Assembly (NCBI RefSeq): GCF_006345805.1
Contig: NC_042998.1
Location: forward strand, 33,852,001 to 33,916,000
Length of the DNA: 64,000 bases
Direction: 5' to 3'
Source: Octopus sinensis
Lineage: Eukaryota
The position numbers and the translations under genes are program-made. The notes beneath the pieces were generated by a model. It saw only the letters and a list, made by a program, of their open reading frames with translations, did not search any database and was not told where the DNA came from. Below are positions 40,455-54,065 of this stretch, piece after piece. Each line of letters begins with the position of its first letter. The stretch's first letter is position 1.

Positions 40455-40590
40455 CGAGACCGATTATAACAACAACAGGTGTATTAGTTTAACGCTTGAG
40501 AAGGTGAGAAAGCCTTTTACGTTTCGAGCCGACGCTCTTCAGAAAGGAATGAGAAAATATACAGAGAGAATAAAAAAAGAAAGCATATTC
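40455..40590 (-). mobile_element. Family E-related terminus with decayed hammerhead (40513-40547)
   Basis: Reverse strand ccttt|ctga..a|gagc-gtcg-gctc|gaa|acgt|a|aaagg; 3 nt are missing from the core. Confidence 0.6.
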
Positions 40591-40790
40591 TTTTCCTTGT
40601 TTCAGTCCTTTGACTGCAACCATGCTGGAGCACCGCCTTTAGTCGAACAAATCGACCCCAGGACTTATTCTTTGTAAGTTTTGCCGAACCGCTAAGTTAC
40701 GGGGACGTAAACACACCAACATCTGTTGTCAAGCGATGATGGAGGAACACACACACACACACAACACACACACACTATATATATGTATAT

Positions 40791-41210
40791 ATATTTCTTT
40801 ACTACCCACAAGGGGCTAAACACAGAGGGGACAAACGAGGACAGACAAACGGATTAAGTCGATTACATCGACCCCAGTGCGTAACAGGTACTTAATTTAT
40901 CGACCCCGAAAGAATGAAAGGCAAAGTCGACCTCGGCGGAATTTGAACTCAGAACGCAGCGGCGGACGAAATACCTATTTCTTTATTACCCACAAGGGGC
41001 CAAACATAAAGGGACAAACAAGGACAGACATAGGTATTATCGATTACATCGACCCCAATGCGTAACTGGTACTTAATTTATTTTACATCGACCCGAAAGG
41101 ATGAAAGGTAAAGTCGACCTCGGCGGAATTTGAACTCACAACGTAGCGGCAGACGAAATACCGATAAGCATTTCGCCCGGCGTGCTAACGTTTCTGCCAG
41201 CTCACCGCCT
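40791..41210 (-). mobile_element. SINE family B, dimeric
   Basis: Junction at about 40974; preceded by an A 3' fragment at 40580-40765. Confidence 0.88.
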
Positions 41211-41228
41211 ATACATATATATATGTAT

Positions 41229-41996
41229 ACTAGCAGCATAGCCCGGCGTTGGCCCGGGTATGTAAGAAACTTGTCGATAGCATGCCCTTTACCTTTTTAC
41301 CCTTTTTTGTACTCATTGAAGCGTTATTTTGTAAATGAAGCCTAAAAGGCATTAAGGCATTCAAGGAACCGTTCCCTTGACTGCATGAGAAGTAGGAAAA
41401 TCTATGTGAACTTTCAAAAATATCGCAGAAAGATCGTTTGCTATGTTTCCACATATGATGTAATTAACCGATTTTTCCAGTAATAACGTATCTATTGAAT
41501 CAAAAGGGCCATATGCTCCTTGGAGCAGACATGATGCTCGCTGTGAATTTCAAAAAAAAATCCTCCAATTTGTTAAAGATATGTCGAAAATATGTCATCT
41601 TGAATTTGAACGCGATTTCCCCCAAAATGGCATGATTTTATCGATTTTTTCTGATGGTAAGGTATTGCATGGAAAGCTAACGTCAGAATTAAGTTCCTTA
41701 GGGTAACATTAAGCTTCACCATGAGTTTGGTGAAAATCGATTGCATGTTGCGAAAACTACAAACGGAAAATGTGTTGCATATGATAAGCTTAGATTCTAG
41801 ACCCCATGTCGAATTTATCGATTTTTTTCAGAACTGGGGAAACTTTTCAAAATTTTCGCTGCATTAGTTTTGAATTATGACATTGGGCTATGTGTGTGAC
41901 AAGTTTCATCAGAATCGGTTGAAAGCTGTGGTCAGGGTGAGGGTACAACCTGACAGACACACAGACAGACAACTTACCTTTTATATATAGAGAGAT
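41229..41996 (+). mobile_element. Long non-autonomous Helitron/Helentron-type element
   Basis: Runs from actagcagcatagcccggcgttggcccggg to (gaca)n-aacttaccttttatatatagagagat. Confidence 0.7.
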
Positions 41997-41999
41997 ATA

Positions 42000-42152
42000 C
42001 GACGGGCCTCTTTCAGTTTCCATCTACCAAATCCACTTTGGTCAGCCCGAGGCTATAATAGAAGACACATGCCTAAGGTGCTATGCAGTGGGACTGAACC
42101 CGGAACCATATGGTTGGGAAGCAAACTGCTTACCATACAGACACTCCTGCCC
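42000..42152 (-). mobile_element. SINE family A, 5' half
   Basis: Head and CORE-like block. Confidence 0.8.
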
Positions 42153-43020
42153 TTATATATATATATATCCGAAATTTGTTTATAGGAAACGTTTTGAATA
42201 TACAAATAAAGCTCGTATTCCATTCCGCCGGCCAAAGTCTAACGATGCTGACTGGTGAACCAGTTTTTTGGGGTTGCATTGAGCTCTACCGATATAATGT
42301 GGGATAAATATAATAATAATAATAACAATCCTTGGACGGAATTTATAAACATGTTAATGCATCGCTACACGGGTTTCCACAAATCAAATGTCTCTTAAGA
42401 TCACACTCCGTATTCCTAGGATGATTAAAGTGTAGTCCATGGTATCCGTGAGCATCGGATTGGTCATCTTCATAGATTCATTTCTTCAGGCATTCATGGA
42501 TGTTTACCAGAAAGATGTTGATCCCTTTTGACCCAGCGCGAAGGTTGATTATGTATATGTATATGTGGGGGGAGGAGAATAAATGTGAGGACAAGCAGCA
42601 CCTCAAATGTAAAATTCTTCCCTGAAGATGGAGTCTGGTGTTATCCGATGATGAAATCAAGTTACAATCATTATTTATGACCCCCCCCCACCCCAGAAGC
42701 AGCTATAGGACTCATAAAACTCCTACTGAACCTCTTTAATTTCTGATTATCATTTCCATTCAGTGTAAATCGGACTTTTTTTTAAATATGATATAGATAT
42801 GAGCATTTTTTGTATTAAATGTGTTTAATAGTTTTTGTATATCAACTTGCCTAACTTACTTGTCCTTACATTTAATCCTCTACCTGCTCACATTTAAGTC
42901 TCTTGATATGGCCGATCTGGGCTGTATCAGTGATGTCACAACCCCAACACACTATATCGGACATAACGTTTAGTGCCCTGATGTCTTAGCGGGCGATAAA
43001 CGAAATAAAACACAATTCAG

Positions 43021-44645
43021 CAGTAGGCCCCGATAGTTTCCCTGCTTGTGTCCTGAAGTGTGTCGACACCAACTTGCATCTCTCCCCTTGCTAATCTGTG
43101 GAGAAACTCACTGGATGCTGGCTATATCCAAAAAAACCTCTGTCCCAGTCTGTTTGTCCCAGTTTTCAAAAAGGAACCAAGTCCCTTGCAGTGAATTACC
43201 GTCCGATCTCACTCACCTCTCATATCATCAAGGTATTTGAGAGGGTGGTGAGATCTCGAATAACCCAATTTCTGGAAAGCAACAGACGGCTGATCTCCAA
43301 CCAACATGGGTTCCGTAATGGAAGGGACTGCCTAACGCAGCTCCTGCATCACTTTGAGGACATTTTGAGAGCTTTGGGGAGAGGGCTCCAACACCGATGT
43401 CATCTACCTTGATTTCAGTAAGGCCTTCGACAGGGTCGATCACAAATCCTATTGAAAAAACTATCCAACATTGGTGTCTCTGGAAAGTTACTGAAATGGA
43501 TTAAGTGTTTCCTGACAGACAGATCTCAACATGTTGTAGTTGAAGGGGTAAAATCAAGCCCAGCCAAAGTCAGTAGTGGCGTTCCGCAAGGCACTGTGCT
43601 GGGCCCACTTCTTTTCCATCATTTACCTTATGACATTAATGACATCATCAAGCACAGCAACATAAAAATCTTTGCAGATGACTCCAAGCTACAGAAGATC
43701 ATAATGAGGCGAGTGACCGGACATGCCTTCAGTCAGATCTACTGGCTGTTATCCAATGGGCAGAAAAAAACAATATGCTGCTGAACGAGGATAAATTTGA
43801 GCTAATCCCTTTGGAAAAGAGGATGCCCTGAAACTCCCATACTCCCTTCCTTCAGGTGAAACTCTCGCGGCGTTCCAACAACAATCGGACTTGGGAGTAA
43901 TTGTGGACAACAACGTAAGCTGGGCCACTCATATAAACAACCAAAGTTGACATGGCCCGCAGAATGTGTTCCTGGATTCTCAGAACTTTCCAGTCCGAGA
44001 GATATCCACACCATTTCCTTCTTTCTCCACTTTTGCCCGACCCCACCTTGAATACTGTTGTCCACTGTGGTCTCCCCCACACAATACAAGGTATCATAAA
44101 AGTTGAAGCACCTCAAAGGGCAATCACAAAAAAATATAATGGCATGACAGGCCTCGACTATTGGGGTCGACTAGAAAAGCTAAACTCTATTCTCTCCAAC
44201 GTCGTCGTGAGCGCTACATCATCTGCATAATGTGGAAAATATTCCATCAGCATTGCCCAAATGATTGTTGGCATCACCTTTAAAGGTACATCCAAGGCTT
44301 GGGCCCCGTGCCATCCGCCCAAAACAAAAATCGCACTCTCATCTCATAACAACAATACGGCACAATTATTTCACCTCAATTGGCCCCCGCTCTCTTTAAC
44401 ATTACACCAAAACAACACATTAAAACAGAAACTGACCCTATAGGGTTCAAGAAGTCTTTGGACAGATTCCTTCAAGAAATCCCGGATAAACCCCCTACAA
44501 CCCGGATATGTCTCTGTAAACAATAACTCTCTACTTGAGTGGGCCATAGTGCCAAATTCTGACTTGAAAGACTTCACCAGGTGGTGCTATTAAGTTAGAC
44601 ATGGCCTGGGCCAATAATGGCCGAAACCTATCAAAGTATCAAAGT
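43021..44645 (+). pseudogene. 5'-truncated, frameshifted CR1-clade LINE (reverse transcriptase through 3' UTR)
   Basis: NYRPISLTSHIIKVFER, QHGFRNGRDCLTQLL, LDFSKAFDRVDH, SGVPQGTVLGPLLF, FADDSKL, E..QRAITK..LDYWGRLEKL, FKKSLDRFLQEIPDKP across shifted frames; 3' hairpin tail. Confidence 0.92.
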
Positions 44646-44970
44646 ATATATATTTATTTATATATATTATATATTTATTTATATTATATATATATTTATT
44701 TATATATATATATATATTTATTTATATATATATATATTTATTTATATATATATATATTTATTTATATATATATATATTTATTTTATATTATATCTTTTAT
44801 TTATTATATATATTTATTTATATAAATATATATATTTATTTATATATATTAATATTTAATTATATATATATATATATAATTTATATAATATATATATTTA
44901 ATTATATATATATATTTAATTATATATATATATTATATATATATATATATTATATATATATATATATAAA
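44645..44970. repeat. Long AT-only low-complexity tract
   Basis: Direct reading. Confidence 0.95.
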
Positions 44971-45080
44971 AGAGCAATAAAATTCAAGTTAATTTAAAAA
45001 AATTTACTTGAATATGGTACCTAACTTAGATGCACCAAAAAAAACTATACTGATTTAACAATACAGTAATGTGGGGTGAT

Positions 45081-46242
45081 TATAAGCGAGAAAGAAGCAA
45101 ACAAGAATGGATAGGTTTTTTTAGTACGATCGTTTCATACAAGGACAGGTTTTTTAAAAGTTGCAAAGATTACAGCATATAAACGAGTCCCGTACTCATC
45201 AGCTAAAATACATGTAAGTTCTCTCGAACATCCTAGTGGTTTTAGGCTATACTCATGAAGTAATGTAGAATATTAAACAGATTTCTAAAGTTCATTAAAG
45301 TTCTTTAAAGATGATGTACAGTCTTATCACAGAATTTTAAAAAAGTTTTTGATAGCATCAAGAGAAGGTGACCTAATCCATATGAATTTCCATAGATAGA
45401 TGAGGATTATATACTCACAGAAGACAAATTTATCCATTGTTAATACAACGAGGTGGGTCCTCAATCCTGCTTATAGCATTACATAGAGGGTGAATTAATC
45501 CTTTTTATATATGCACATTCCAATGGTGTAGATGTAAATTTCCAGAGAAATGGAGATGAATTTCATATTCACATGGCGATAAATTTACAATGGTTGAACA
45601 CAATGAGGTAGGTATCCATCCTTGTTATAATATGCTTAGGTGTTGCTACAGCCTCTTGTGAATAGCAGTAATGTGATTAATATGGCAAACACCTAATCAA
45701 TAACAAGGATGGATACCTACCTCATTGTGTTCAACCATTGTAAAATTTATCGCCTTTGAATATGAAATTCATCTCCATTTCTCTGGAAATTTACATCTAC
45801 CCATTGGAATCTGTGCATATATACAAAGGATTAATTCACCCTCTCTGTAATGCTAATAAGCAGGAATTGAAACCCACCTCGTTGTAATTAACAATGGATA
45901 AATTTGTCTTCTGTGAGTATATAATCCCTCATCATATCTATGGAAATTCATATGGATTAGGTCACCTCTCTGTGATGCTATCAAAACTTTTTTAAAATTC
46001 TGTGATAAAGACTGTACATCATCTTTAAAGAACTTTAATGAACTTTAGAAATCTGTTTAATTATCTACATTACTTCATGAGTATAGCCTCAAACACTAGG
46101 ATGTCTAGAGAACTTAACTGTATTTTAGCTGATGAGTACGGGACTCGTTTATATGCTGTAATCTTGCAACTTTTAATAACCCTGTCCTTGTATGAAACGA
46201 TCGTACTAAAAACCTATCCATTCTTGTTGCTTCTTTCTCGCG
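45081..46242. repeat. Fold-back inverted repeat with about 560-bp arms
   Basis: 45081-45646 mirrors 45684-46242; the differences are mostly 1-2-bp indels. Confidence 0.9.
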
Positions 46243-46281
46243 TATATATATATATTATATATTTAATTATATATATATATA

Positions 46282-46323
<42 letters not shown>

Positions 46324-47201
46324 ATTATATATATATATTATTTATTTATATATATATATAATTTATTTATATATATATATATATTATTTATATATATATA
46401 ATATATTTATTTATATATATATATATATTTATTTATTATATATAATATATTTATTTATTTATATATATTTATTTATTTATATATATATATTTATTTATTT
46501 ATATATATATTTATTTATTTATATATATATATTTATTTATTTATATATATATATTTATTTATATATATATATGTATATTTATTTATATATATATATGTAT
46601 TTTTCTATTATTTATATATATATATGTATATTTATTTATATATATATATGTATATTTATTTATTTATATATATGTATATTTATTAGTTATATATATGTAT
46701 ATTTATTTATTTATATATATGTATATTTATATATAGATATATGTATATATTTATTTATTTATATATAGATATATGTATATATTATTTATATATATATAAT
46801 GTATATAATTTATTTATTTTATATATATATATGTATATATTTATTTATTTTATATAATATATATATGTATATATTTATTTATTTATATATATATATATAT
46901 GTATATATTTATTTATATATATATATATATGTATATATTTATTTATTTATATATATATGTATATATTTATTTATATATATATATAATATATATTTATTTA
47001 TATATATATATATATATATTTATTATATTATATATAATTATATATTTATTTATTTATATATATATATGTATATATTTATTTATTTAATATATATATATGT
47101 ATATATTTATTTATTTATATATATATATATGTATATATTTATTTATTTATATATATATATATGTATATATTTATTTATTTATATATATATATATGTATAT
47201 A

Positions 47202-47242
<41 letters not shown>
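46243..47242. repeat. About 1-kb (TA)/(TTTA)/(TATG) low-complexity array
   Basis: Direct reading. Confidence 0.95.
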
Positions 47243-47245
<3 letters not shown>

Positions 47246-47270
47246 GTGTGTGTTCTGTGTTTGTGTGTGT

Positions 47271-47474
47271 GTGACCTCGTGTGTACCGTTGGCGATTTTT
47301 TTTCCTCTGTCTTCCCTTCTCTGGATCTTTCCTTCTCCTATTTTTCCGACGAAGAGCTCCGCTCGAAACGTTAAACCCTCCTTCTTTCCTTCTTTCCTGA
47401 GCGTCCAATAACACTATATTTGTTCCACGTCCTCGCGTTGTTGTGTTTTTTTGTGTTTTCTTGTTTGGATTAAC
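47271..47474 (+). mobile_element. Penelope-like terminal element, family E, with hammerhead motif (47343-47375)
   Basis: ttt|ccgacga|a|gagc-tcc-gctc|gaa|acgt|t|aaa; near-identical to 4825-5022. Confidence 0.75.
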
Positions 47475-47571
47475 TATATATCTATATATATATATACGTA
47501 AAAATATATAGGGTAGTGAATTTCACTACCAGTGGCCTAGCATGTATAAAAAGTCAATAGACAACATACTC

Positions 47572-48516
47572 TCAATATAAAATCTTTAATCCGCTCAGTC
47601 GAAGTCGACTCTCGGTTATTCGATGGATCAGTGTTCTCCACCCAGTTCTACCCTGGGTCGCTTCTTTCAGATTGGTTATGGCCATTCCCGTGTCACTCTT
47701 AATGGTGTCAAGCCAGCGGGTTCTTGGTCGGCCTCTTCCTCTCTCGTCACTGACCATTCCGAGCATGATGTCCTTCTCCAGGGATTTTCTACGCATAATA
47801 TGACCAAAATATGTCAATCTATGTTTGGTGATCCTAGCTTCTAGCGACAGTTTCGGCTTGATCTGGTTAAGAACTTCTTCATTGGTGAGCCTCGCTGGCC
47901 ATGGAACCCGTAAACGTCTTCTCCAACACCAAAGCTCAAATGCATTAATTCTCTTCTGGTCAGCTTTCTTTAGTGTCCAGGTCTCGCATCCATATGTTGC
48001 TATTGGGAAGACGATTGCATTCACCAATCTGCATTTGGTAGCAAGGTTGATGTCTCTACTCTTCCAGACCTTGCTCATGCTGACCATTGCCTCTCTGCCT
48101 AGTTCTATCCGCCGCCTTATTTCTGGAGTGCAGTTACCATCTCGATTTATTTTGGAGCCAAGGAAGATGAAATCATCAACCACTTCGATCTCTTCATTAT
48201 CGATCTTGATGCTGACGTTTGTTGTGGCTGCTGTTGACATGATCTTCGTTTTCTTGACATTGAGGTACAGCCCAAATTTCTCACTCTCTTTCTTGACTAG
48301 CAGGATAAGATTCTCTATATCCTTATTATTTTCTGCCAGCAGGGTTGTATCATCTGCATAGCGAAGGTTATTAATATTTCTTCCTCCAATCTTCACTCCA
48401 ATACTGCTATCCTCCAGGCCTGAATTCCTCATGACCTTTTCAGCATACATGTTGAAGGCTGCTGGTGACAGGATGCAACCCTGCCGAGTGCCTTTTCCAA
48501 TCTCAAACCAATCTGC
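47572..48516 (-). mobile_element. RTE/BovB-type LINE, 5'-truncated, uninterrupted reverse-transcriptase C-terminal half
   Basis: ADWFEIGKGTRQGCILSP..GGRNINNLRYADDTTL..GLYLNVKKTKIM..FLGS..YGCETWT..FELWCWRR..YFGHIMRR..RGRPRTRWLD: about 315 codons with no stop. Confidence 0.95.
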
Positions 48517-48733
48517 TCTCCAACATCGAAAAAGTCGCTGTGACTTATGGTCGGATCAATGACAAAATTTCCGATTTGAACCTCGTAAGTCGGTGCCTCT
48601 TATAGGCGAGGGCGTTTCATAGTCGAGTAAATACGATATTTTAATAAACACTGATTTTATCGAAAATTACTATTTGTAAATCCTTCAACGAGAGATATTC
48701 GGCAACAGTACTCTAAAGATTATTTACCAACGT

Positions 48734-49073
48734 ATGGTACTCCTGGTTTAGGACGAATGTTGCTGTAATTTATCCCCATGAGACATCTCCAGCTGGCTAT
48801 ACGACATGATTCGTGTCCTTATATTTTCGAACAAGGGCATTTAGCACCCCAACTCAGCTCTCAAAAAATATATGTGTATCGCGATTTTCGATTTATTTCC
48901 AGGGAAATAACCTGGAAATCGCGATTCACAGATATTGCTTTGAGCTGAGTGGGGGGGTGCTAAATGCCCTTGTTCGAAAATATAAGGACACAGATCGTGT
49001 TGTAAAACCAGCTGGAGACGATGTCTCCTGGGGCTAAATTACAGCAACATTCGTCCTTAAACCAGGACTGCCA
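48734..49073. mobile_element. Palindromic MITE-like element with about 150-bp arms
   Basis: tcctggtttaggacgaatgttgctgtaattt..ttcgaacaagggcatttagcacccc is mirrored at 48940-49067. Confidence 0.75.
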
Positions 49074-49697
49074 TGTCATGTTGGCAAATAATCTTTACAC
49101 TGATTTTATAATCATTCAACGTGTATATACATTTTTTGATTGGACACTGTGTGTGTGTGAGAGAGAGAGAGAGATGTAAAGGAAGATTGGTACAGAATAT
49201 AACCAACGAACACCCATTCCTTTCCAGGCTGTACACAATCATTTAGTTGTATAGGGGAGGTAACTCTCAACTTGTAATTTTATTCTCCTTATTAATGGCG
49301 AGCGCCTCTTTTTCTTTTAACCTTTATGTATGATTTGAGTACGATTTTTCTTATGACTAGAGTTGATTACAAATTATTTACATTTCGTGTACTGGAAAGA
49401 TTTTGTTGCTTTGGCTGACATATTTATTTATATTTCATTGAAATTGTTTTTGTAACGGTAGACGGACTGTCGTCTTGCCTGGTGGGACTGGATTTCACAT
49501 CAAATACTTAATGACCTACTTGACTGTCATCCTGGAAATAGTCCGTAGATTAAGGGATATCATAGTAAACGCTTCGGTATCAATATCTGATTTCTGCTGT
49601 TCCACGGAGAACCACATGACAAGAAATTCTCTCCTAACGCATTCCACTAGATGGCCATTTATATGATAACGTGCTGCAAGGGAGATAACTCACTATC

Positions 49698-50080
49698 CTT
49701 TTTTTTTCTTTTAGCTGTTTCAGTCATTTGACTGCGGCCATGCTGGAGCACCGCCTTTAGTCGAGCAAATCGACCCCAGGACTTATTCTTTGTAAGCCTA
49801 GTACTTATTCTATCGGTTCCTTTTTGCCGAACCGCTAAGTTACGGGGACGTAAACACACCAGCATCGGTTGTCAGGCGATGTTGGAGAGATAAGCACAGA
49901 CACACAAACACACACACACGACGGGCTTCTTTCAGTTTCCATCTACCAAATCCACTCACAAGGATTTGGTCGGCCCGAGGCTATAGTAGGAGACACTTGC
50001 CCAAGGTGTCACGCAGTGGGACTGAACCCGGAACCATGTGGTTTGAAGCAAGCTACTTAACACACAGCCACTCCTGCGTC
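49698..50080 (-). mobile_element. SINE family A, full length
   Basis: Near-consensus. Confidence 0.9.
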
Positions 50081-50106
50081 TATATATACAGAAAAATCCG
50101 TGATAT

Positions 50107-50720
50107 TGGTTCGTCAGTAGTTGTCGACGATGACCAAGAATATCATACGGAAGAAGACGGAGCAAGGTATGTCCGGATGTGACTAATTAGCCCGTTACGA
50201 GCTCTGAGGTCTCTGCCGCGGGTCGGGCACATTTGGTCTGTTGGGACTGGAGGCAAGGAATCGGCTCTGAACTTGGGCGTTTTCTGTCTTTGCAATCCTG
50301 TTCTGTTCGTAGGGGGTGGCCATGTTGGTTGGTGCACCTTCGCTGAACAGGTTGGTCCTGCGCTTGCGTTTCCTAAGTATCCGTGTTGGCTTCAAAAGCT
50401 CTTAGTGAGGCTTTGAATGTATCCTTAGAGGGGGTTTTTTTCTGTCCACCTTGCCTGCGCTTGCTTTCCACCACTTCACTGAAAAACACTTTCTTCAGGA
50501 TTCGCGTGTCGGGCATTCGAACAAGGTGGCCTTCCCATTTGATTTCCGCCCTCCCCAGCAGTGTGTAAAGGCTCAGCAGAGAGAGAGGACCTTGTTTTGC
50601 TAGGTGATTTTTCAACAGCTTTCTCAGGTGGTTCAGAAAGCAAAGAAAACTGCCTGGGATAAAAACCGATAGAACATCTCAGAATGTCACAGTAGGCCGC
50701 CCCTGGAGGAGAGCCAAATG
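50107..50720 (-). pseudogene. Decayed RTE-clade LINE 3' fragment
   Basis: KWEGHLVRMPDTRILKKVFFSE..KRRQGGQKK..KDTFKASL and MCPTRGRDLRARNGLISHIRT (decayed finger); short 3' UTR. Confidence 0.85.
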
Positions 50721-50807
50721 GTAAAAGTTGTGTTATTATACAATTTGTCAATCAGAGAATAGGGAAAGTTATCGACGAAAGTAAATGGACACGTGACGAT
50801 AAGGTGA

Positions 50808-51172
50808 GATGCAGGCGTGGCTGTGTGGTAAGAAGTTTGCTTCCCAACCATACGTTTTGAGGTTCAATCCCATGCGTTACATCCTGGGCAAGCGTCTTCT
50901 ATTATAACCCTGGGTCGACAAAAGATTTGGAACGAGAAAATTGAAAGTTCGTCGTGTGTGTTTTTGTTCTTGTCCCCATCACCACCGTTTGACAGCCGGT
51001 GTTGGTTTGTTTATGTCTCCCGAAATGTAGCGGTTCGGCAAAACAAACCAATAGCATAAGCACAGAGCTTTAAAAAAATCAGTACGGGGATCGATATATG
51101 TTCGACTAAACCGTTTAAGGAGATGCCCCAGCATGGCCGCTGTTCAATGACTGAAACAAGTAAAAAGTAAGA
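50808..51172 (+). mobile_element. SINE family A, diverged
   Basis: Consensus blocks present. Confidence 0.8.
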
Positions 51173-51729
51173 GATTAGATCGAGGTCAACACTAATCCGA
51201 TAGGCCTATAATCAGATCAGATCAGATTTATCTGTAACTAAACAATTTTTAAAGGCGAACAGTAGCAAAGACTTTACGGTGGTGTTTGGAGGGAGATTTT
51301 GGTTCCTATTTCTCGAAGATCGAATGACCTGCAAGAAATAACAATGGCATAGTGGGATTTATTTAGAGCTTTTTTTTTCTTTTGTCTTTGTTGTTATATA
51401 TTTTTTTTTTTGTTATTTTTCTTTTTACTGTAATGACATGTCATCCCTTCACACCAATTCTTTTGTAGGTGTCGGTAATGAAACACTACTAACAGACAAT
51501 TAAAACCTGTCAGTGAACTCAAAGTGAAAGGAGTTGACAAAAATAACTCTCGTAACAAACTAGCATGAATTCTCTCCCTTGCATTGCATTTTCCACTAAA
51601 TTATTTAAATATTTTTAATTTTCGATTTTGTGTTTTTGGTTGGCAAAATTTTTTATGTGAATTCGTGTGTTGAAACAAATCTTTTTTGTGTGTCTTGGGA
51701 GGGTGTTTATGCCAACAATAATAACATGT

Positions 51730-52287
51730 AAGGCGGCGAACTGGCAGAAACGTTAGCAAGCCAGGTGAAGTGCTTAGCGGTATTTCGCCCGTCGCTACGT
51801 TCTGAGTTTAAATTCCGCCGAGGTCAACTTTGCCTTTCATCCTTTCGGAGTCGATTAAATAAGTACCAGTTACGCACTGGGGTCAATATATTCGACTTAA
51901 TCCGTTTGTCTGTCCTTGTTTGTCCGCTCTGTGTTTATCCCCTTGTGAGTAGTAAAGAAATAGGTATTTCGCCGTCGCTACGTTCTGAGTTTAAATTTCG
52001 CCGAGGTCGACTTTGCCTTTCATCCTTTCGGGGTCGATTAAATAAGTACCAGTTACGCACTGGGGTCGATATAATCGACTTAATCCGTGTTTGTCCTCTT
52101 TGTGTTTAGCCCCATTTTAGTAATAAAGAAATAGGTATTTCGTCTGTTTTCATGTTCTGAGTTCAAATTCGGCCGAGGCCGACTTTGCCTTTTATTCTTT
52201 CGAGGTCGATTCAGTACCAGTTACACACTGGGGTCGACTTAGCATCTCCCCATCAAATTTCAGGTCTTGTGCCTATTGTAGAAAGGA
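51730..52287 (+). mobile_element. SINE family B, trimeric, ending in the long tail
   Basis: Junctions at 51963 and 52134. Confidence 0.9.
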
Positions 52288-52899
52288 TTGTTGTTGTTGC
52301 TGTTATATTTTGCAAAAGTTTGTGGAATCTCCTTTCTGGTGTGTGTAGATACAAATTTGCTGTAGAGACGAAAAATTATGTAAATTCCAAATCTGATGGC
52401 GAAGTCGAACAAATGATTGAGAACATTGATACGAAATGAAGAGAAAAGTTGGGAAACAACGAAATTATATTCTCTTCTCCATAAAGAATTTTGTTAGAAT
52501 CAAGTAATGAAAAACTGATCAGAAACTCAATAAGCCAGCCATGTCCCACCCGCCATTAAACAAATATTTCGGACATAATAAATTTAATGTTCAGTTTTCT
52601 CTTCGTTTGTAAGTGTCATATAAATTTAACTCGCTTCACTCTAGCTTTATACTCGTAACTGTATCAGCGTCATTGATTGAGACTTGTAATCTGTCTTACA
52701 GAGAGAAGTAAGATCTAGAAACAATTTGAAATTCACTGCACTTGGTTGGTAATTCTTGAGGAGAAAATCTAAACGCAAACGCCGTTCTCTCCCTTCGTTC
52801 ACTTTCTCAGCCAGATTTTCACAAAATTTTCAAAGAAGAATCTCTGCTCTTTGAATCATTCAGCACGGTTCCCTTTAATGGCACGCTTATTTATTTGAT

Positions 52900-53098
52900 T
52901 TTTTTTTCTTCTTTTACTTGTTTCAGTCATTTGACTGTGGCCATGCTGGAGCACCGCCTTTAGTCGAGCAAATCGACCCCAGGACTTATTCTTTGTAAAC
53001 CCAGTACTTATTCTATCGGTGTCTTTTGCCGAACCGCTAAGTTACGGGGACGTAAACACACCAGCATCGGTTGTCAAGCGATGTTGGGGGGACAAACG

Positions 53099-53136
<38 letters not shown>

Positions 53137-53272
53137 CGATGGGCTTCTTTTCAGTTTCCTTCTACCAAATCCACTCACAAGGCTTTCGTCGTAGTAGAAG
53201 ACACTTGCCCAAGGTGCCACGCAGTGAGACTGAACCCGGAACCGTGTGGTTCGTAAGCAAGCTACTTACCAC
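52900..53272 (-). mobile_element. SINE family A
   Basis: Near-consensus; the extreme 5' end of the head is missing. Confidence 0.88.
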
Positions 53273-54065
53273 TTTGATTGTTTATCTGTAATGAATGTCG
53301 GTTCTGCCACAATGGTAGATAACATCCACAGCAGCAGCAGTCCAAAACATATTTGCAAAGTCTATCTTTTCATGAGATACAACATTGTTGCTAAAACTAT
53401 TCACATAAGGAATTCTCCTGATGGTTTTTATCAAAGACACACAAACACCAAAATGCATCCATACATTTAAAAGCGAGGAAATATTTGCGAAACATTGCAA
53501 CAAAATAGCAACCCACTGCAAAGACAAAGGCCTGATATTATTTTTAAGGGGAAGGAAAAAAGATCAAGCACTACTGAAGTAGAGGTTAGCTACTCATCTA
53601 AATTGGAGAAAAGATGAACATCTGTAGAGAGCCAATGACAAACTACAGGTATTTTATTCGGGTGAGAAGTTTTCGTCTGTATCTAAAGTCTTTAAGAAGT
53701 GTGTTCAACCAAAAAGAGAAAACGGAAATCTTTTCACAAACCATAAAAGCGATGGATGCTGTATTAGTCAATGTATTGTCCGCTGTATAAAAGCTCAGAA
53801 TTCATACAAGATAATCTACATGCTGGTAGCCAGGTCATTAGTCAGAATTATTTAGAAACAAGGATAGACTTCCAAGGAAAACTCACAAATGTACACACTG
53901 CTACAGGCAGTCAAAGCTAACGGAGAATTAAGGGTCTCAGATAAACTGAAATCTGAAATATAGAGAGGTTCCGAGGTAGATGAAAACGACATTGCGAATG
54001 TGTAAACACACACCAATATCGCCCAAGTATATATAAAAAAAAAAAACCTCTGATTACAGCCTGCC

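Noticed and set aside
44600-44632. ggcc-aataat-ggcc-gaaac as a hammerhead
   Set aside because: There is no CUGANGA core; it is better explained as the CR1 3'-UTR stem-loop.
47825-48361. 178-aa plus-strand ORF
   Set aside because: It is the antisense shadow of the RTE reverse-transcriptase frame.
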